In this document: positions 63,651 to 64,000 of the stretch, in pieces | Layout: each line of letters starts with the position of its first letter | How positions within the stretch are numbered: position 1 is the stretch's first letter | Assembly: GCA_027069135.1 (NCBI GenBank) | Contig: JALXFE010000400.1 | Span: forward strand, 28,774 to 92,773 | DNA length: 64,000 nt | Source of the DNA: Thermoanaerobaculia bacterium | GTDB lineage: Bacteria; Acidobacteriota; Thermoanaerobaculia; Multivoradales; JAHZIX01 | Reading direction: 5' to 3' | Translations under genes and position numbers: made by a program | Notes under the pieces: model-generated | Databases searched by the model: none | Told to the model about the DNA's origin: nothing | What the model saw: the letters and a program-made list of their open reading frames with translations, nothing else

Positions 63651-64000
63651 CCTCTGGTGATCTTCTCACGCACTAGGGATTGGCCCAAGTCCTATCTCTT
63701 GACAGTGGTGGCCCCGGTTGAACCGAGATACTCTCTCCCGAAACCTACGATGGCCTCGAAAACGGCTGGAGATCTACCTGTGCCCCGAATTCTGACCCGC
63801 TCGCTTCTGACCTTCGCTGAAAAACTCAGCCTCTCAGCGAAGGATTTTCCTCTCGCGAGACACTCATGGTGCATGAAAGCGGTTCGGGCAACGAATTCCC
63901 CACCCTTGGCCACCTTGAGCTCCCCACGCCTGGAATTCCTTGAACCCAACCCCAAACACTAAGAACCCTACCGGTAGCCACGAACCTACCGAGGAGATCC

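Noticed and set aside
1-64000. CRISPR arrays, rRNA/tRNA genes, transposases/integrases
   Set aside because: No regularly spaced direct repeats, rRNA-like blocks, tRNA-like cloverleaf candidates or transposase/integrase motifs were recognised. A computational tRNA or CRISPR scan was not possible, so their absence is provisional.

Overview
The window is 64 kb of high-GC (~65%) bacterial chromosome from a diderm (Gram-negative-type) organism. The diderm assignment follows from the LPS, BamD, Tol-Pal, secretin and TatA genes, all inferred from the sequence. It is densely coding, and many adjacent genes have overlapping stop/start codons (ATGA/GTGA), typical of tight operons. Phylum cannot be assigned from sequence alone. 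Major blocks (each gene's evidence is in the feature list):
(1) 269-9109: a glycosylation island with three GT2 glycosyltransferases, a small DUF2304-like membrane protein, a Wzx-like flippase, an NTase-fold hypothetical, an NPP-family phosphodiesterase and an ArnT/PMT-like GT-C membrane glycosyltransferase.
(2) 9237-10648: a two-gene operon of secreted cysteine-rich proteins; the second has a C-terminal secreted phospholipase A2-like motif (CCDVHDECY).
(3) 10967-16514: a UbiA-family enzyme of the decaprenyl-phosphate phosphoribosyltransferase (DPPR-synthase) type, divergent from two tandem paralogous ~800-aa polytopic membrane proteins with GT-C/YfhO-like architecture.
(4) 16511-18603: accC and a biotin-carrier (BCCP) gene.
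(5) 18613-22268: a HEAT-repeat::PilT fusion ATPase followed by a canonical PilT.
(6) 22406-22609: a dodecin gene.
(7) 22687-27069: a lipid A/core operon (heptosyltransferase, LpxL-like, lpxK, waaA).
(8) 27184-39931: an ECF sigma/anti-sigma pair and a secretin-N-domain protein, followed by a complete type IVa-pilus-like/T2SS-like machine (PilC, PilB, PilM, PilN, PilO, PilP, PilQ, two GspG-like pseudopilins, a minor pseudopilin), then dut.
(9) 40424-53118: housekeeping envelope genes (rlmN, an APH-like kinase, tatA, an SLT transglycosylase, a Fis-like HTH, a LysM protein, cpoB, bamD, rpe, a PASTA protein, rseP, cdsA, uppS, truA).
(10) 53103-55972: a DUF2029-like GT-C gene divergent from a CslA-like GT2 synthase.
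(11) 56143-63650: an XRE regulator, a secreted internally repeated protein, DNA polymerase II (polB), carbamate kinase, a YfcC-like transporter and a Gfo/Idh/MocA oxidoreductase.
No rRNA, tRNA, CRISPR array or transposase was recognised. The most novel-looking elements are the secreted PLA2-like pair, the DPPR-synthase plus tandem giant GT-C module near a pilus locus, and the HEAT-PilT fusion.
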